From the NCBI GenBank assembly GCA_964016885.1, contig OZ024748.1, positions 28,272,001 through 28,336,000 of the forward strand: a stretch of DNA of 64,000 nt, given 5' to 3'. Below the pieces are notes generated by a model. It did no database searches. It had not been told where the DNA came from and saw nothing but the letters and a program-made list of their open reading frames with translations. A program made the translations under genes and the position numbers. Shown here in pieces: positions 13,174-25,203 of this stretch. This stretch comes from Eledone cirrhosa (Eukaryota). Every line of letters begins with the position of its first letter. Position 1 is the first letter of the stretch.

Positions 13174-14929
13174 ATATATATACAATTAAGTAATTGTTTT
13201 TAATTATATATATATATATAGTTGATAAATGAAACAAAACAAAAATACACAAACACATAATATTAATGTGTGTGATCTATTTAACTATCTGCCTATCTAT
13301 CAGATTCACAGTGTGTGTGTGTGTGTGTGTGTGTGTCAGTCACCTACCAGTTCTTTACCTAATTTAACTGACTGTTCTAGTAGACCAGGAAGCTAGTTTG
13401 ATGTCTCCATCATCACCACTACCACCATTACAAACTACTACCACTATCACCAACTCTGCTACTACAGTACTTACTGTTGGCACACCTTTTCATAAGTTAA
13501 CAACTTATCTCCCTTTCCCTCTTTCCATTCCCCTCACTCTTTTTTTTAAACCCCCCCTCCCCCGGAGTTCTTTCTCTTTTTATTTCCCTTTCCTCCACTC
13601 TGCTTTTATCTATTTTCCTCCTTCTCTCCCCTCTTAAACCTACCACTTCAAATTACCCATCATTCTCTTATTCCATTTCCCTCTTTTCTATCTTAACCTG
13701 GTTGTTGTTGTCATAGAGGTGACCACTTAAGATTTCCACCACAGAATCTCCCCCCCCCCTCTCTCTCACTTTTTATCTATCTATCTATCTATTTTACACG
13801 TTTTTATTGTATGTAAACTTCCCCCTTTGTATTTGTCCCCTTCTTTTGTGCCCCTGTGGCTAATAAAGAAATCTATCTATCTATCTATACCATAAACAGT
13901 ACAACCGCCACCATTGCTCTATCACTGTTAATGTTAATACTAATAATACTAACTGGATATTATGGAACTGTTCTGCCAAAAAGCTCTGGGAATCTAACTA
14001 CCTCTCATTGTTTCTCCTCCCCCTCTCTCTCTCTCATATATATATATATATGTATACATATATATGTATGTGTGTGTGTGTGTGTACATTATAAACAAAT
14101 GTATATACTTATACACAGATAAATATATGTATACAATCAGCACAACTATCACCTCCAGCAGAACTATCACTACAACCACTACCACCAACACCATTGCTGA
14201 TAATGCCTCTGCCATAATTTCCTTTGTGACAAGGAGTGGTAACAATGGAGGATTATCTGCCACACTTTCAACTACCACCACCATTACTACAATCACCAAA
14301 CACTACTACCACCACTGTGTTTCACAACCACTTACTATTACCACTACTACCACTCCTGCTTGTGCTGCTACTACTATTACTACTACCACTGTTGTTGTTG
14401 TTGTTACTTAATTGGCACTCCTCCACCACAGCCATCACTGGACACCTGCAACCAAACTCTGTAGCTGCCATTTATTATTATCATTGGTATGATCACCTCC
14501 ACCCTCACCACCACCACAATCACTAAATGAGAGGAGCCCACTTGGTAACTAACTTGTAGAGATAGCAGCCAAAATCTCCCTTAATTCAAATAAAGTAAGG
14601 ACACCTACTACATACTCTAAAATGACAAGATAGTCATGGCAGGACTATCTTTGTTGCTTAACTCCAGGCTTGACCTGAAGTTAAACAACTACTACTTCTA
14701 TACTGCCTCTGTGTGGTTGCTTGACCTGCTAGAAATAGCAACCAACATAAATAAGGAAGGAATGTTTTATCATGTCTGTTCTATCAGGCTTACCTGGGGC
14801 TAAAATACTATTACCACCACCACCACCACTACTAAACTACCTCTATAGAGACTAATGGGAGTATAGTCACTCAACCTGCTCGAAATATCAGCCAACTTCC
14901 CTAAAATCACACTTTTGTTGTCTTTGTCC

Positions 14930-15160
14930 ACTTATTCTTGAGGGTGGGGTGGGGTGGGGGCAGAGTCCTTAAACATTCCTTCCATTGAGTCCTATCAGAA
15001 GCAACCATATCTAAAATGATCTAGCAGGATTCCCAAGTGAGACCAGTCAGGCTCATAGATATTATCCAACCATCCAACCCTCTAGCTCTTGGTCTCCTGC
15101 CAGCTGGTTTTACCTGTAAAATCTGTCCAGTGATTCTTTCCAGAGACATTCTAACCACAC
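14930..15160 (-). mobile_element. RTE-like LINE 3' end fragment
   Basis: VVRMSLERITGQILQVKPAGRRPR, homologous to the fragment at 32290-32670. Confidence 0.65.
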
Positions 15161-16255
15161 CTTTCCTTCTTAAATAAGAAGGACAAAGACAGATTAATAA
15201 TTTAGTCAGTTCTATTAGAATAACCTTAAAAGACAGGATGGTCATGGCTGGAATGTCTTTCAAGCATATAGATCGGCTCAAGTTAATGCTAACACTCCAA
15301 TGATTATTACTATCGTCTCTCATCAGTTAATGAACGAGACTGTATAGTCATTGTTCAACCTGCTAGAAATAGCAGCTCTTAATAACCCTAAAAATCACCC
15401 CAGATTTTTTTTAAGTACATGTAGTCTTAGATACACAAAGGGTTGTCTGAACTTAAAGATGGGATGGTCATAGTTGGAACACCTTTGATCACAAGATTGT
15501 TCAATGAAGGATCACTGCCATGGAACAGCAACAACAACAACCTTTGTCATTACTTCAAAACCACCATATCATTTGTTTTATATTTATTTTTTACTGTTTA
15601 GTCAGTAAAAGAAGGGCTGTCTTCATGGCCCTTTTCATGGGTTCTAAGATTAGTGGCACTTTTCATGGGTTCTGAAGGTTGGGAGGGAAAGAAGGGTTCC
15701 TCAACTTGAAAGGCTTGGCTAGAATGCTCTCAGCAGTGGGGCATGGACTAGAGCCTGTTAAAGGTAACCAAAGGCATGGTAGTTTTGGTGCTAGTAGTTG
15801 TGGTGGTAGTAGTAGTGGTGATGGTAGTAGTGGTGGTTGGTGTTAAAAAGTCTGCCCCAACACCTACCATCACCAACTACACAGGCTACCTGCCACTACT
15901 ACCACCACCATTACCAACATCCCTCCCACCACCACCACTGCCACATAAGTCAGCTCAAAGGCTTCACTTATATTCCTGAAGAGTGACATCTGTTTTTTAA
16001 CTTAAGGTGGGAGTTTGGTTTCAGCTCTCACACACTGACACAACACACAGGTTCATATATATTTACATAGGCATATATACATGGACACCTACTTACATGC
16101 AGATATGCACACACCCACACAGCACAAACATACAATCACACACATCAACATAGACACACAATATCATACAAACATACACACTCACACACAGGATATTCCC
16201 TACACTCACACACAGCTTGTGTTCCTCTCTCTCTTGTGGACACATGCATACATAA

Positions 16256-16302
<47 letters not shown>

Positions 16303-16375
16303 CTCATATATGTACATACATATATATATATATACTATTAGGTATATATATATATATTTATATATATATACCTAA

Positions 16376-16428
16376 GAGATTCTTGATGATTTCTAAAGAA
16401 TGAAACAGTTCTAGTCCTGTAGAATCTC
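16376..16428 (+). ncRNA. Type I minimal hammerhead-ribozyme-like motif, family 1
   Basis: GAGAUUC-UUGAUGA-U-UUC(UAAA)GAA-U-GAAA-CAG(UUCUAGUC)CUG-UA-GAAUCUC: 7-bp helix I, helix II, helix III and a GUA site. C3U and U-U at the base of helix II are non-canonical. Confidence 0.6.
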
Positions 16429-17219
16429 ATCTATATATATATATAATATATATATATATACACTCATATATGTACATATATATATATACACTGGACAGTC
16501 CCTATTCACAGACACATTTACTGGAACTCACACAAACAACTTTAGTTACTCTCTCTCTCTCACCTGGTACACACACATACCTTCCACCAACACCCAAGAA
16601 ATAGGTGGGTGTAGGTAGGTGACATGAGAGAGAGTGGGAGGTAGATTATAGCCAACACCCTCTTTCTCTCCTCCTCCCTCCACCTGTGTGAATGTTACTC
16701 CTCTCTATAGTTCCTCTCTTACCTGACTCACATTTTTACTCCTCCCACTACTCATTCTAATACCACCCCTCTATCACTGCAGGCTCCAGCAAACTTTAGT
16801 CTCCTCCTCCTTCTCTTCCAACTCCACTCCTTCCCCTTCACTCCCTGTCATTCTATGTGTATGTCTGTCTGTCTATCTCTCTTCCTATACCTTGCTGTTT
16901 ATGTTTCTCACCCCCCCCCATTTCCCCTCCTCTCTCTTTGTCATTCTGTATCTGTGTGTCTCTAGTGTTTACCCCTACCAAGTTCTTCCTGACTGACGAT
17001 GGCTGTAGTGGGGGATGGTGGAGGTGTTGATGGTGATGATGTGTGTGGGATATTTCCTCTCCTAGATACATACAACCTTCTCATTCAATACATCCACCTT
17101 ATTCACCCACCATCAGTCTTTAGAAAACACATCACATCACTGCCATCATCTCTCAGCTTGGCACCACCAAATATCACACACACACACACACACACACACA
17201 AACATGGATACATAAGTCA

Positions 17220-17255
<36 letters not shown>

Positions 17256-17495
17256 TCATAAAACCTCACAAGCCACAAACAACTTTTTTTTTCTTTTTAT
17301 ATCATCATCAGCCAGCAACTGACAAGCAGCACCATCATCATCATTTTCATCATCAATAATGGTCTGTAATTGCCGCTCTCACTTCAATCACTACCACCAC
17401 CATCTCTCACCATAGTACATCAAGCCTTAAATCTCTGCACCTTTACTGACATCACATCATCACCCACTCGGTCACATATTGGTCTCTCTTCCTCA

Positions 17496-17554
<59 letters not shown>

Positions 17555-18116
17555 ACTTCTTCCACCCCCCTGACGGAACCTCCTCTGTGTGATTGCCTCC
17601 ATCTGCTAAAAATAGCAGCCAAATTACATGCCGCTTCTTCTATGCTGACATGGGGGTTGGACTATCTTTAAAAATGATAAAACTAGATACACCTTTTAGA
17701 AAGGAGGGGATGGTCATGGTTAGAATATCTTTGTTCATAGGTCTGCTCAATCCGGTAGGGGGGTTGCTTTGGTGTTGAAACTAACAACAACAGTAACAAC
17801 AAAAATATTACCAACCAGCACTAAGACCATTCTCATACTATACACTCCATCACAATCATCATCACATCTTCACTAAGAACCTACACCACTATCACCTCTA
17901 AGATAAGCATCATCATCATCATCACACCTTTACTAGCATGACCAACATTCAGTGGAGGTAAAACATCAACAAGAACCTGTGTGCCAGACTCTAACAACAC
18001 CCACTGACCCCTCTCCACTTCTGTTTCCCCCCACCCTCACACCTGTATGATGATTCTAGAAAGTCTCCAGAATGGTGATCTGTTGCTTGACTGGGTTCAA
18101 TTTCTTCTCTATTCAG

Positions 18117-18350
18117 ACATTAACAACAACAACAACAACATCAGCAACAAGAAAGGTGCAACATCATCATCATCACCAACAGCAACAGCACCAGATACTA
18201 CTATGACGATGACAAAGGGGGGAGAAGGTGATGGTATTGTTGGGGTAAAGGAGGAAGAGGAGGAAAATATTGAGGAGTACCTTAAAAGAAGTGATACAGC
18301 TGTCATTTACCCACAGCCTGTCAGTGAACCAGATGAAGATGACACTGGAG
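18117..18350 (+). CDS. zfh1: ZEB/zfh1 exon with conserved N-terminal motif IEEYLKRSDTAVIYP
   Basis: Acceptor TTTCTTCTCTATTCAG and donor G|GTAAAT, phase 1/1. The peptide closely matches vertebrate ZEB2 IEEYLQRSDTAIIYPE (recalled). Confidence 0.9.
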
Positions 18351-19280
18351 GTAAATCTACTTACCTATCTACCTATTTACTTGCCTATGTCTATCTGTCC
18401 TATCTACCTATCTTTATCCACCTATATCTATCTACTCTACCTTTTTTTTTTATCTCTCTACCTGTCCATCTACCTATCTATCTATCTATCCCTACATATC
18501 CACCTATCCATCTATTTGTTTCTTCCTGATGGTCCTACAGTTTTTGTTGTTTACTGTCCCAAACCAGCTCCCGTTATAGATATCAAGCAGATATCTATAT
18601 GTATAATTAAATGGGATTACCCCACCACATTAATATATCAAAGTATCTATCCAGTGTCTTTTTTTGATTTTTTTTTTTTTGTTTTGTTTGAAGCCCATTG
18701 TGTGGTGTGAAGAATATTTCAGAATATATCTAGCATGTGTGACTATACTCCACTCTTTGACTGATGATATCAATAGTGATGGTGATGTTGATGACTTTGT
18801 ATGGCAGGCTGCCTGTCTGTGTTTATGTTTGTGTTGCGTGTATGAGATAGATGTGCTTTGAATGTTGTGCTGATATTTAGCCCCAGGTCAGCCTTCATTG
18901 AACACACCTATGATCAAATGTATTCCAGTTATAACCATTGTTTTTTTATATATATATATCTTGGGCTACATTGTCTAAAACAGTGATAGGTTATGATTTG
19001 AGGGCTGCCAGGCTCTTTGTTGGCTTGTATGTGTGTGTGTGTGTATATATATATGTGTGTGTGTGTATGTATATATATATATATGTGTGTGTATGTATAT
19101 ATATATGTGTGTGTATGTATATATATATATGTGTGTGTGTATGTATATATATATATATATGTGTGTGTATGTATATATGTGTGTGTGTGAATATGTATGT
19201 GTATATATATATATATATGTGTGTATGTATATATATATATATGTGTGTGTGTGTGTATATATATATATATGTATATATAT

Positions 19281-19920
19281 ATATGTGAAAAAATGGGGAG
19301 AAGAATACTGCAGGTTGCACATGGATAACATGTTATAAAATGAGTCCCTCATCAGTGATTTGCCAACAATCATAGATATTTCATTGCATTAAAAATCATA
19401 TACTTCACGTTGGTGCAATAATAACTAAATTAAGTTATTAGGACAATTAAAACGCGTAAAGCGAGTGAGACAAGTAAACAACAAAGAGAAAAGCTAACCG
19501 TAGATAGGAAGAGACACAAGCTACATAGTTATTCTGTCAGCATAAGCTGGGTGAATATATGAGCACGTAGAAAATAGACCTTTCGAGATGAAATCAATGT
19601 AAGAAAGAAGGAAGTTGTTTTCGTCGCGAACGGGGTGAAGTGAGAAGGGGAGAAACAGTGAGTGAGTGAGTGGAAGTGTGAGGAAGAGGTCAGTAGAGAG
19701 AAAGTGTTAACTGACATGACAGAGGGGGCGAAAGAAAGTAAGAGAAACAGAGAGAACAGTGAGAGAGAGAGAGAAAAACAGAATCGCAGTTTAGATAAAT
19801 ATATGTGAAAAAATGGGGAGAAGAATACTGCAGGTTGCACATGGATAACATGTTATAAAATGAGTCCCTCATCAGTGATTTGCCAACGATCATAGATATT
19901 TCATTGCATTAAAAATCATA
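19281..19920. mobile_element. Element with near-identical 120-bp direct repeats (19281-19400, 19801-19920), Penelope pseudo-LTR-like
   Basis: The repeats are 520 bp apart with one visible mismatch. Each carries CTGATGA on the minus strand, and the element sits in AT/GT microsatellite. Confidence 0.6.
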
Positions 19921-20064
19921 TATATATGTATATGCGTGTGTATGTATATATGTATATGTGTGTGTATGTATGTATATATATGTATGCATATATATACATG
20001 TGTGTGTGTGTATATGTATGTTTATATATGTATGCATATATGTGTGTATATATATATATATATA

Positions 20065-20413
20065 TCATCATCATCATCATCATCATCTCATTTTACGTCC
20101 ACTTTTCCCTGCTTGCAAGGGTGGGACGGGAACTGATTCTGGCTTGATTTCTACAGCTGGATGCCCTTCCTAACACCAACCTCAGTTACAGTGAGTGCTG
20201 GGTGCTTTTTTGCTGTGGCACCTCCACGACCACTTTGCAGTGGAATGATAGGGACCCAAGTTCTTATCATCTCATTTCTACAGCTGAGTAAACTGGAGCA
20301 ATGTGAAATAAAGTGTCTTGCTCAAGGAAACAACACATCACCCGGTCTGAGATTTGAACTCACAACCTTTTGATTGCAAGGCCAATGCTCTAACCACTAA
20401 GCCATGTGCCTCC
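20065..20413 (-). mobile_element. Full-length tRNA-derived CORE-like SINE family B
   Basis: A box TGGCTTAGTGG, B box GAGTTCAAATC, CORE-like CCTTGAGCAAGACACTT...CAGTTTACTCAGCTGTAGAAATG, (GAT)n tail. Confidence 0.88.
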
Positions 20414-20426
20414 ATTAAAAAATTAA

Positions 20427-20546
20427 ACGCTTACGGCACCTAGGGTTCCCAAGCGGTCACCCATCTAAGTACTAACTAGGCTCGACGTTGCTTAACTTCG
20501 GTGATCGGACGAGATCCAGTGTTTTCAGCGTGATATGGCCGTAAAT
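20427..20546 (-). rRNA. 5S rRNA, full-length dispersed copy (gene or young pseudogene)
   Basis: The minus strand reads ATTTACGGCCATATCACGCTGAAAACACTGGATCTCGTCCGATCACCGAAGTTAAGCAACGTCGAGCCTAGTTAGTACTTAGATGGGTGACCGCTTGGGAACCCTAGGTGCCGTAAGCGT (120 nt). It is followed by a T6 tract. Confidence 0.92.
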
Positions 20547-20548
20547 AA

Positions 20549-20624
<76 letters not shown>

Positions 20625-20656
20625 ACACATATATTATATAATAATATTGAGTAAAA

Positions 20657-21004
20657 TGATAGGAGGCCGGACAGGTTAAATTCCTTCATAATTTTATTTC
20701 TGCAAACACTACACATTTCAGTGGCGGCCATGTTATGTATGAACTTGGTGATGTCATCAGGTTCATAATAGTTATATACCAAAGGAATGATGTTAAATGC
20801 ATTCCAAGAGGCTTTAAGGAGGAAAAACAGAAGAAAATAATGTTTTTTGTGTGTGTGTGTGGGGGGGGGGGGGGGTTCACTTAAAGGCGGTCATGGTAGC
20901 CCGTTGTTGTCAGTTGGGCTGTATATGCAATATACATCTGATGATGTCACCAGGTGCATAAACACAAATATGAAAGAATTCAACCTGTCTGGTCTCCTGT
21001 CATA
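20657..21004. repeat. Diverged inverted repeat with CTGATGA in both arms
   Basis: ATGATAGGAGGCCGGACAGGTTAAATTCCTTCATA versus TATGAAAGAATTCAACCTGTCTGGTCTCCTGTCAT. CTGATGA-RTCACCA occurs at about 20760 (-) and 20938 (+). Confidence 0.7.
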
Positions 21005-21019
21005 CTATTATATATATTT

Positions 21020-21760
21020 AACTCTGTGGTGACCCTTTGGAGCTTGGAATCATCTGCGAAGATTCTTACGTTACTGTGCTTGATGATGCCAGTAATGTCA
21101 TTAGTGTAGATGATGAAAAGAAGTGGGCCCAACATAGTGCCTTGTGGGACGCCACTGCTGACTTTGGCAGGGCTTGATTTTACTCCTTCGACTACAACAT
21201 GCTGGGTTCTGCCTGTCAGGAAACATTTGATCCACGGTAGTAACTTTCCAGAGACACCAACGTTGGATAGTTTTTTCAGTAGAATCTTATGATCAAACCT
21301 GTCGAAGGCTTTACTGAAATCAAGGTAGATGACAGCAGTGTTGGAGCCCTCTCCCAAGGCTCTCAAAACATCGTCAAAGTGATGCAGGAGCTGCGTTAGG
21401 CAGTCCCTTCCATTACGGAACCCATGTGGGTTGGAGTTCAGCAGGCCGTTGCTTTCAAGAAAGTGGGTTATTCGTGATCTCACTACGTCTCTCAAATACC
21501 TTGATAATATGAGAGGTGAGTGAGATCGGATGGTAGTTCACTGCAAGGGAGTTATTTCCCTTTTTGAAGACTGGGACAGAAAGTTTTCAGGAATATAGCC
21601 AGTATCCAGTCAGTTCCTCCACAGATTAGCAAGAGGAGATGCAAGTTGGTGTCAACACACCTTCAGGACACAGGCAGGGAACCTGTCGGGGCCTACTGCT
21701 GAATTGTGTTTAATTTTGTTTATTGCCGCTAAGACATTAGGGGCGCCAAACATTATGTCT
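21020..21760 (-). mobile_element. Degenerate CR1/L2-like LINE reverse transcriptase fragment
   Basis: HGFRNGRDCLTQLL, VIYLDFSKAFD, SGVPQGTMLGPLLFIIYTND and IFADDSKL, with frameshifts upstream. Confidence 0.88.
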
Positions 21761-21939
21761 GATATAGTGTGTTGGGGATTAACATCACTGATACAGCCCA
21801 GATCGGCCATATCAAGATTGCTGAAAACAGAGTAGTATTGTTTAAGCAAAGAATCGCTACTTATACCCTTAACGGGATCTTCTGAAACTTATCGAGCCCT
21901 CTTTGGATTTTAGTCTTCACATTTATTATTATTACTATA

Positions 21940-22334
21940 TACGAGGGTAATCCCAGAAGTAAGGTCTCCAAAGCGAGGGGGACACAGAGAAACTTTGTAC
22001 AGCTGTTGGCAACACTGTTGTGATAGGTGCTTCCTTCACTCCCAAACAAGCATGCGCGCGCTTCGTTGGGATGCTCAATTTTGGCTTGGCAGCCGCTGAG
22101 AATGGAGCTCCCGTTGAACGCTACCACCAAGTGCGAATTTCGCGCAGTTATTATATAGAGGGCAATCCCAAAAGTAAGGTTTTTTTCCAAGGAAAACATG
22201 CGTAAAGATTGGCGGATCACTCTGGATGCTCTCTGCATTTTAGTTCCTGAGGTTTCCCGAAGCACCACCCACAGGATTTTAACAGAAAAGTTGCAATATT
22301 GGAAGGAGACCTTACTTTTGGGATTGCCCTCGTA
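21940..22334 (+). mobile_element. Internally deleted mariner element with about 30-bp TIRs and TA target sites
   Basis: TIRs TACGAGGGTAATCCCAGAAGTAAGGTCTCC and GGAGACCTTACTTTTGGGATTGCCCTCGTA. Transposase N-terminal remnants CEFRAVI and RITLDALCILVPEVSRSTTHRILTEKL. Confidence 0.85.
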
Positions 22335-22341
22335 TATATAT

Positions 22342-22457
22342 ATAGGAAAAAGTATGACCCCGACGGCAGAGCTCAAGCCGTTTCGACTGCTATTTCTGGA
22401 ATGAAATAGCCGTCGAAACTGCTTGAGCTCTGCCGTCGGGGTCATACTTTTTCCTAT
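22342..22457. repeat. Near-perfect palindrome (55-bp arms, 6-nt loop) made of two inverted hammerhead 3' halves
   Basis: Each strand reads GAAAC(G/T)GC-TTGAGCTCT-GCCGTC-GGGGTC. Two mismatches between the arms. Confidence 0.85.
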
Positions 22458-22533
22458 TTCCCACTCTACTACCCTAAGTATTGAGTACTCTGGTGCGTTA
22501 TGCTCCATCTGGTTCTTTACCACAATTCCTTTG

Positions 22534-22572
<39 letters not shown>

Positions 22573-22684
22573 CATGTGTGTGTGTATATGTAAAATTTAA
22601 GTTCTATGTATATGTTTATGTATTTTTAAAGAAGGTGCATTGCTTAGTGTTTATGGTTTTCGTCCCTCAGTCTTAGGGTGGTAC

Positions 22685-22744
22685 AGTGGTTAAATCAGCG
22701 TTCTAAATAGCTTGCATGCTATTTAGAACGCTGGTTTAACCACT
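22685..22744. repeat. Palindrome with about 28-bp arms
   Basis: AGTGGTTAAATCAGCGTTCTAAATAGC versus GCTATTTAGAACGCTGGTTTAACCACT. Confidence 0.85.
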
Positions 22745-23443
22745 TTACTTCCCTCCGAAGAAGAGATATTATCTCAAAAATTAAGGATATTTAAATAAAT
22801 TTAAAGTAAAAGACTAATTGTCAACAATATCTTTTGCATTTATATTCTATATCCATACCTGCATTGTTTTGGCTTTACAAATACACAGGTTTATACCCCA
22901 TTACACAATGCTTCAAGTGAACTATAACTTCCTCCATATATATATATATATCATCATCATCATCATCATCATCGTTTAATGTCCATCTTCCACGCTAGCA
23001 TTGGTTAGATGGGAGTTGTGCCACTTGAGGCAAGGTTGGTCGGGTGACCGTGCCTCGCTCGTATAGGACTATCTTGCAGTCTTTCTACGGCTGGATGCCG
23101 TATATTATATATAATTCTGGTGGCAGTAGTGGAGGTGGTAGTGATAGGTGTCACTTGGTTTCAGTGAAGACTATTAATTCATATATATTAATAAATGGAA
23201 ACTATCTTTATAAAACCATATTTATTTTATTATATATATTTCATTTCATGATTATTCCTGATTACTTAACACCTGTTCAATTTACCTGTTGTCCAGTTAC
23301 GCCTGTCAGGTTACTGTTGCAAGTTGGTTGCATTTACCTGATGGTTATACCTGTCATACCTGGTGGTTATACCTGTCACCTACCTGAAGGTTACTGGTTG
23401 TATCTCAGTTCTACCTATTTGAGATAAGCTGGAAAGTAGTGAT

Positions 23444-23585
23444 TGTGGTGGCAGTGGTGGTGGTGGTGGTAGTGGTGGTGGTGGTGGTGGTAGTGGTGGT
23501 GGTGGTGGCAATAGTGGTAGTGGTGGTGGTGGCGGTGGCAGTAGTGTTGGTGGTGGTGGTGGCGGCAGTAGGGGAGGTGGTAGTG
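23444..23585. repeat. (GGT)n-rich simple repeat
   Basis: Directly visible trinucleotide run. Confidence 0.9.
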
Positions 23586-24060
23586 ATAGGTGTTAGTTGG
23601 TTTCAGTGAAGACTGTTAGTTTAGTTGAATGTTCTATTACTTTTTTTCTGTCTATCTCACTCTCTCTTTTACAGTTTCTATCTTTTTCTTTTTGTCTGTT
23701 TCTCTTTCAGTTTCTCTCTCTATCTCTATCTCTCTCTCTGTCTCTCTCTCTCAACAATATGGATGTTTCATGGCTGCCATATTGACTGAGACAGACAGTA
23801 CAATAGATACATTTATACCTGTGGTGGTTTCATGTTAGTGATTGGTGTGTCATCCCTTCCCCCCCCCCCCCATCACACACACACACTCACACATGCACAC
23901 CTACACATGCAGCTAGACATGTACACACACTCACATCTTATAAACACATACTTACTTAGGTGTGTGTGTGTACATATTTACTTAACATATACCTACACAA
24001 GTACACGTTTCTTGATTAGGTGTGTCTATGTATACATATGTACTTACATTTAAAGAATAT

Positions 24061-24443
24061 GCACATGGCTTAGTGGTTAGAGCATTGGCCTTGCAATCGA
24101 AAGGTTGTGAGTTCAATTCTCAGACCGGGTGATGTGTTGTTTCCTTGAGCAAGACACTTTATTTCACATTGCTCCAGTTCACTCAACTCAGCTGTAGAAA
24201 AGAGATGATAGGGACTCGGGTCCCTATCATTCCACTGCAAAGTGGTCGTGGAGGTGCCACGGAAAAAAAGTACCCAGCACTCACTGTAAAGTGGTTGTGT
24301 AGGTGCCACGGCAAAAAAGCACCCAGCACTCACTGTAAATGAGGTTGGTGTTAGGAAGGGCATCCAGCTGTAGAAATCAAGCCAGAATCGGTTCCCGTCC
24401 CACCCTTGCAAGCAGGGAAAAAGCGGACATAAAATGAAATGAA
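24061..24443 (+). mobile_element. SINE family B with a short internal duplication
   Basis: Same head, CORE-like segment and tail as 20065-20413. GGTGCCACGG-AAAAAAG-ACCCAGCACTCACTGTAAA occurs twice. Confidence 0.88.
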
Positions 24444-24537
24444 GTAAGTTATTCCGGGTTCAATCGGGGGTAAACACAGTAAGGTACTCAATACAAAGCG
24501 GAGTATAAATGTTTTAATATAGAAAAGCTTCTACAGT

Positions 24538-24586
24538 GCTTCTTGATGATTTCTCCCGAATGAAACAGTTCTAGTCCTGTAGAAGC
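24538..24586 (+). ncRNA. Hammerhead-like motif, family 1, second copy
   Basis: GCUUC-UUGAUGA-UUUC(UCCC)GAAU-GAAACAG(UUCUAGUC)CUGUA-GAAGC. Enclosed by a 25-bp inverted repeat (24512-24536 / 24577-24601). Confidence 0.6.
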
Positions 24587-24635
24587 TTTTCTATATTAAA
24601 ATATATATATATATATGTGTGTGTGTATATATATA

Positions 24636-24687
<52 letters not shown>

Positions 24688-25170
24688 ACCCATGCTAGCG
24701 TGGAAGAACGGATGTAAAATGGTGATGATGATGATGATGATGTATATATATATATATATATATATGCATGAATAGACATGTACACACATGTTACTATATA
24801 AACTCACTCATGCATGTTTAGATGTGTGTGTACATATGCACTTATATATATATACATACATGGATAGACATGTACACACACACACACACACACACACATA
24901 CATGTTACAGTAGAAACTCATGCCTGTCAAGGTGTGTTTATGTAAGTGCACATACACACATACATGCATGCACAGATATGTACACATACACACGTACACA
25001 TGTTCCTGTATATATTCATGCCCACCTAGAAAGGTGTGTGTGTCAAAAGGGGGTGGGGGGATAAGAAGAGGTGGAGGAGCCAAACACTACAGTTGCACAT
25101 ATGTTTATGTTATTGTCTGCTGGTGATGATGTACTTCCTGTACACACCTTCTCATAAACACACCCATCTG

Positions 25171-25203
<33 letters not shown>

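Noticed and set aside
18047-18116. Upstream ATG or alternative acceptor at 18070
   Set aside because: The AG at 18069-18070 is phase 0 and incompatible with the phase-1 upstream donor. An alternative start cannot be supported from sequence alone.
18938-19373. Numerous YI/CV/HT-rich short ORFs here and throughout the window
   Set aside because: Translations of (AT)n, (GT)n and (AC)n microsatellites.
24061-24135. tRNA genes at SINE heads
   Set aside because: A and B boxes are present, but there is no complete cloverleaf and each continues into a SINE body.
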